Shown piece by piece: positions 60,152 through 64,000 of a stretch of 64,000 nucleotides of DNA. Every line of letters starts with the position of its first letter. Position 1 is the first letter of the stretch. The notes beneath the pieces were generated by a model. That model ran no database searches, was not told where the DNA came from, and worked only from the letters and a program-made list of their open reading frames with translations. Position numbers and translations under genes: made by a program. Source of the stretch: Fibrobacterales bacterium (GTDB taxonomy: Bacteria; Fibrobacterota; Fibrobacteria; Fibrobacterales; JAOPTW01); contig JAOPTW010000027.1 of assembly GCA_051532035.1 (NCBI GenBank), positions 96,001 through 160,000 on the forward strand. The letters are read 5' to 3'.

Positions 60152-62647
60152 ATGGCAGAGAAAAACCCTATTTATCTCACTATTCATGGACACTTTTATC
60201 AACCCCCCCGTGAAAATCCTTGGACTGATGAAGTAGAGATCCAAGACAGTGCACTCCCCAATCACGATTGGAATGATCGCATTGCATCTCAATGTTATGA
60301 CGCCAACTCCGCATCACGACTGCTGAACCCCTATGGGAAAATTTCAAAAATTATAAATAACTACGAATACATGAGCTTTAATTTTGGACCAACCCTCATG
60401 TCATGGATTCGAGACCAACGCCCCAACACCTACAAACGTATTATTGAAGGTGACAAACGGAGTGCCAAACGACTCAATGGCCACGGTAATGCAATTGCTC
60501 AAGTATATAATCACATAATTATGCCCTTGGCCAATGACCGTGAGCGCCGAATACAAATAGAGTGGGGCATTAGAGATTTTGAATTTCACTTTGGCCGCAA
60601 ACCCGAAGGTATGTGGCTTGCAGAAACGGCAATTAACACCGCAACAGTCGTTGACCTCATAAAAGCAGGTATCAAATACACCATACTTGCCCCTACCCAA
60701 GCAGATGCAGTTCGAGAATTTGCCAACGATGCGTGGTATGATGTAAGTCAAAGCGCCATAGACCCAACCAGACCTTACAGGATTTACCCTAAAGATGAAG
60801 ATGGTGACCCCTTTATTGACGATGCCTATCTCGATGTTTTCTTTTATGATGGCAACCTATCCTCTGCTGTTGGCTTTGAACACCTCCTCCGTAATGCACC
60901 CGCCTATATCGACAAAATTAAGGGTGCTTTCAATTATGAAAAGCCAGACCCTCAACTTATCTCTATTGCGACCGATGGTGAATCGTATGGACATCACGAA
61001 CCTTTTGGGGATATGTGTGCCTCTTATATGTTTGACCAAGTATGCCCTAAAGAGAATATTATACCCGTCAATTTTGGATATTTCTTAGAAAAAAATCCGC
61101 CCGTTGCAGAAGTGACTCTAAAAAATGGCCTCGGCGAAGGAACCGCATGGTCATGTGCACATGGTGTTGGACGGTGGTACCGCAACTGTGGCTGTACCAC
61201 AGGCTCACCTCCAGAATGGAATCAAGAGTGGCGCGGACCGGTACGGCACGCCTACAACTACCTTTCAAAACATGCTCTTCGAGTATATGATAGTGAAGTA
61301 AAAAAAATATCTCACACCAAACCAAATGAGCTTGTCATCGAGTATGTAGAGGTGCTCCTTCAGAAAGACCCTACATTTACTGGTGAATTTTTGAAAAAAC
61401 ATCTGGTGACCACCGAAAATTTCGAAGAACGTGCAACCCAACTCCTCTGCCTCCTCGAAATGCAAAAATATACCATGTTTGCTTATACCAGCTGCGGGTG
61501 GTTTTTTGGAGAGGTCAGTGGGCTAGAGCCTGTACAAAACATGAAGTATGCTCGTCGATCTATAGAGTTGATGTCCTACTTTAAAACAAGTTTTTCCATT
61601 GATAAATTTCTCGATTTTCTCGACGCTGCTATAAGTAATATTGACGGGCGCACCGGAAAACAACTCTACCTTGACTATACAGGCTCGCACCTCCCTACCA
61701 CTTTTCGGGTTATTGCAGAGGTACTCTACCGTGAGCTCCATGCCAAAACTCAGTTTTGCTCCAACATCGGCATTTTTAATATAACGGTTGTTCCCGTCTC
61801 AACTGCTACTGTTAAAATATATACCGTTGCCATTGCAAACACCTCAACTTGGGAGCGAGAGTCTCTCGTTGTGGCTGGACTTAAAAACCAGTATGGCGAT
61901 GATTACTTTGCCTTCTTGCCGGATTCTGTGAGCCTCAGGGGATTTGAATCCCTCGATAGCGCGATTCAAGAATTTGACACCATCGTACAACTGTACCCCG
62001 ACGCAATACCCGTTGGTTTTCGAGACCTCTTTGATGACGCATTCATCAACATTACCCAAGAGCTCATTGACAACTCATCGCGGTCAATTCTCGAAGATTA
62101 CAAAGTCTTCCCTAAAAAACACGGCATGATAATGGAGATTTTACAGCAATCACAAAAACCTCTTGATGAGAGCATTGCCGTCCCCCTTAAAATGTCAATG
62201 TCAGCCTATGTCTATGATGCATTAGAGAAAGCCCTGAGCGAAGTTACTCCAGAGATTGAAGAGGAGATCGCTTCACTCAAAAAGAGAGCCGCTTATCTTA
62301 ACCTCACGCTCAAAGCTGAATGGATCGAGAAACGCTTTGACACAAAAATTGAAGAGTTGATGCAAAACATCATTGAGTCTCCGAACCCCAAAGTGATACA
62401 ACACATTACAAAACTTATCACCCTCGCAGACTCATTTAACATGACAATCAACAAAGGTGAAGTAGAAAACAAAGCATATCCGCTCTACCTTGAGAATATG
62501 AAACAGTTTAAAAATAATGGCACCATGGATCCTGCACTTGTTAACCTCTTCTCGTGGCTCAACTTTGAGCTCCCCAAAGACGTCTACATCGACAAAAAAA
62601 CAAAAAGTGCCAAAGATAAAACTGCCGCAATGCTAGAAAAAGCCTAA
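60152..62647 (+). CDS. GH57-family / DUF3536 protein
   Basis: HGHFYQPPRENPW, GMWLAETA, ATDGESYGHH, WSCAHGVGRW, YTSCGWFF. Confidence 0.9.
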   Translation: MAEKNPIYLTIHGHFYQPPRENPWTDEVEIQDSALPNHDWNDRIASQCYDANSASRLLNPYGKISKIINNYEYMSFNFGPTLMSWIRDQRPNTYKRIIEGDKRSAKRLNGHGNAIAQVYNHIIMPLANDRERRIQIEWGIRDFEFHFGRKPEGMWLAETAINTATVVDLIKAGIKYTILAPTQADAVREFANDAWYDVSQSAIDPTRPYRIYPKDEDGDPFIDDAYLDVFFYDGNLSSAVGFEHLLRNAPAYIDKIKGAFNYEKPDPQLISIATDGESYGHHEPFGDMCASYMFDQVCPKENIIPVNFGYFLEKNPPVAEVTLKNGLGEGTAWSCAHGVGRWYRNCGCTTGSPPEWNQEWRGPVRHAYNYLSKHALRVYDSEVKKISHTKPNELVIEYVEVLLQKDPTFTGEFLKKHLVTTENFEERATQLLCLLEMQKYTMFAYTSCGWFFGEVSGLEPVQNMKYARRSIELMSYFKTSFSIDKFLDFLDAAISNIDGRTGKQLYLDYTGSHLPTTFRVIAEVLYRELHAKTQFCSNIGIFNITVVPVSTATVKIYTVAIANTSTWERESLVVAGLKNQYGDDYFAFLPDSVSLRGFESLDSAIQEFDTIVQLYPDAIPVGFRDLFDDAFINITQELIDNSSRSILEDYKVFPKKHGMIMEILQQSQKPLDESIAVPLKMSMSAYVYDALEKALSEVTPEIEEEIASLKKRAAYLNLTLKAEWIEKRFDTKIEELMQNIIESPNPKVIQHITKLITLADSFNMTINKGEVENKAYPLYLENMKQFKNNGTMDPALVNLFSWLNFELPKDVYIDKKTKSAKDKTAAMLEKA

Positions 62648-62676
62648 ACAACAAAACAAGGCATCTAATCAAGGCC

Positions 62677-63618
62677 TCAAACTAAGGTCGCAATAGATTG
62701 AGTGGTAAATAAGGTATGCACCTGTTGGCATACCGATACAGCCTCAGTTGCGCACTGTAATGCGTTACTATCGCTCTGGCCACTATCTATCATAGTATCA
62801 AATGCCGTGTGCTCATCCTCAAGGGGGTCAGACTCCACAACACTCACCTTTTGATGGGGCCCATCATGTAGGCTTACCGTCACCGCTCTATTGAGTAGAT
62901 CACACTCCATATACCCGAGTGCACCCTCAATTTTGATGCTCCGTTCAGAACGCCCAGACACTCTATCTGCCCGACACAGTATAGCCACATCACCAATAGT
63001 CATGGTTACTGAGCAACAATCTCTAAATGCTCTTTCATCACCCTGACACTCGAGTGTTGTCACTCCACAACCTAACTTCGAAAATATCAGGTCAAGATCA
63101 TGAATCATAAGGTCATACAACACATCACGATCAGAATGAGAGCGCATAGTGGGTAGCGCACGATAACTCTCTATAGCTATTAACTCCCCTAACTGACCCA
63201 ATAGCTCACACGTTTTTTTCCACGCAGGATTAAAGCGCTCACTATGACCCACCATCAAAGGTATTGCATCATCATAAGCCATGAGAATTTCCGCATCACT
63301 TTGTTCAAGTACAAAAGGCTTTTCAACGAGTACCGGTATTCTCTGTTTAAGTAACTGTCGCACCAGTGGATAATGGCTATCACAAGAGGCCGCAACGATA
63401 GCTCCATCAAAATGATGCTCTTCAAGGGCTTCTGAGAGAGAGAGATAACAAGGGAGGTCTTCACGCCAGGTTGTACTATCTTTATCAACTAATGCAGATA
63501 GTGAAAAACAGGTACCACGAAATACCGCATCAACATGTTTACTCCCCATGGCTCCAAGGCCAATGATCACTATTTTTTTTCTATGAGAAGAACTCAATGT
63601 CTCAACCATCCCAGTCAT
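62677..63618 (-). CDS. Gfo/Idh/MocA family oxidoreductase
   Basis: IIGLGAMG, VLVEKP, VGHSERFNP, DLMIHDLD. Confidence 0.9.
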   Translation of the reverse strand: MTGMVETLSSSHRKKIVIIGLGAMGSKHVDAVFRGTCFSLSALVDKDSTTWREDLPCYLSLSEALEEHHFDGAIVAASCDSHYPLVRQLLKQRIPVLVEKPFVLEQSDAEILMAYDDAIPLMVGHSERFNPAWKKTCELLGQLGELIAIESYRALPTMRSHSDRDVLYDLMIHDLDLIFSKLGCGVTTLECQGDERAFRDCCSVTMTIGDVAILCRADRVSGRSERSIKIEGALGYMECDLLNRAVTVSLHDGPHQKVSVVESDPLEDEHTAFDTMIDSGQSDSNALQCATEAVSVCQQVHTLFTTQSIATLV

Positions 63619-63775
63619 TTAGGGCTAAAAATATCAATTTATTCTCTTCCAAGCGAGATATCATAGGCTTTTCTCTATTATCACCTCAAAAACTCTTTCC
63701 TCTTGTGCTCGAAAACAAATAGTTATCTATTTTTATCACAATAGACGTTTTTAAAGCTTGTAGGTCCATACCGTT

Positions 63776-64000
63776 ATGCATTTAGATTTTTCAAAAACCA
63801 CTGTTCTTATCATTGGTGATATCATGCTCGACCGATACTATATCGGGAATGTCGATCGAATATCTCCTGAAGCCCCCGTCCCCGTTATACGCGTCACTCA
63901 AACAAGGACAGCACTCGGTGGTGCGGCAAATGTTGCCAATAATATTAGCCACTTAGGCGCACGAGCGACACTCATTGGTTTTTGTGGTCACGATAGTGAC
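63776..64000 (+). CDS. hldE: D-glycero-beta-D-manno-heptose-7-phosphate kinase (RfaE1/HldE), 5' part
   Basis: Manual translation MHLDFSKTTVLIIGDIMLDRYYIGNVDRISPEAPVPV..GGAANVANN; runs off the window. Confidence 0.9.
   Translation, partial: MHLDFSKTTVLIIGDIMLDRYYIGNVDRISPEAPVPVIRVTQTRTALGGAANVANNISHLGARATLIGFCGHDSD

Overview
Bacterial chromosomal window, most likely from a Fibrobacterota member. That assignment is inferred from a TIGR02147/DUF4423 gene, many Ser-rich-linker lipoproteins and a 2318-aa SprA translocon. The left ~34 kb is an accessory cell-surface region: FGE-domain and cadherin lipoproteins, a clan-A glycoside hydrolase, two CotH-family proteins, an OmpA/PG-binding putative effector with a MORN-repeat partner, a HigBA-like toxin-antitoxin pair with gene remnants, and a giant GLUG/cadherin adhesin split by an exact 10-bp tandem duplication. 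tRNA-His and adk also lie there. The right ~30 kb is mostly housekeeping (rsmA, sprA, GT9, cysE, HU, panE, ychJ, rsmG, GH57, hldE). It also holds an ECF sigma / DUF4384 anti-sigma / exported caspase cassette followed by a receiver-HicB-like fusion, a HAD-phosphatase / ABC1-like fusion, and a porin / FMN-binding pair with a Fur-like box. All family calls come from motif recognition by eye, with no database searches.
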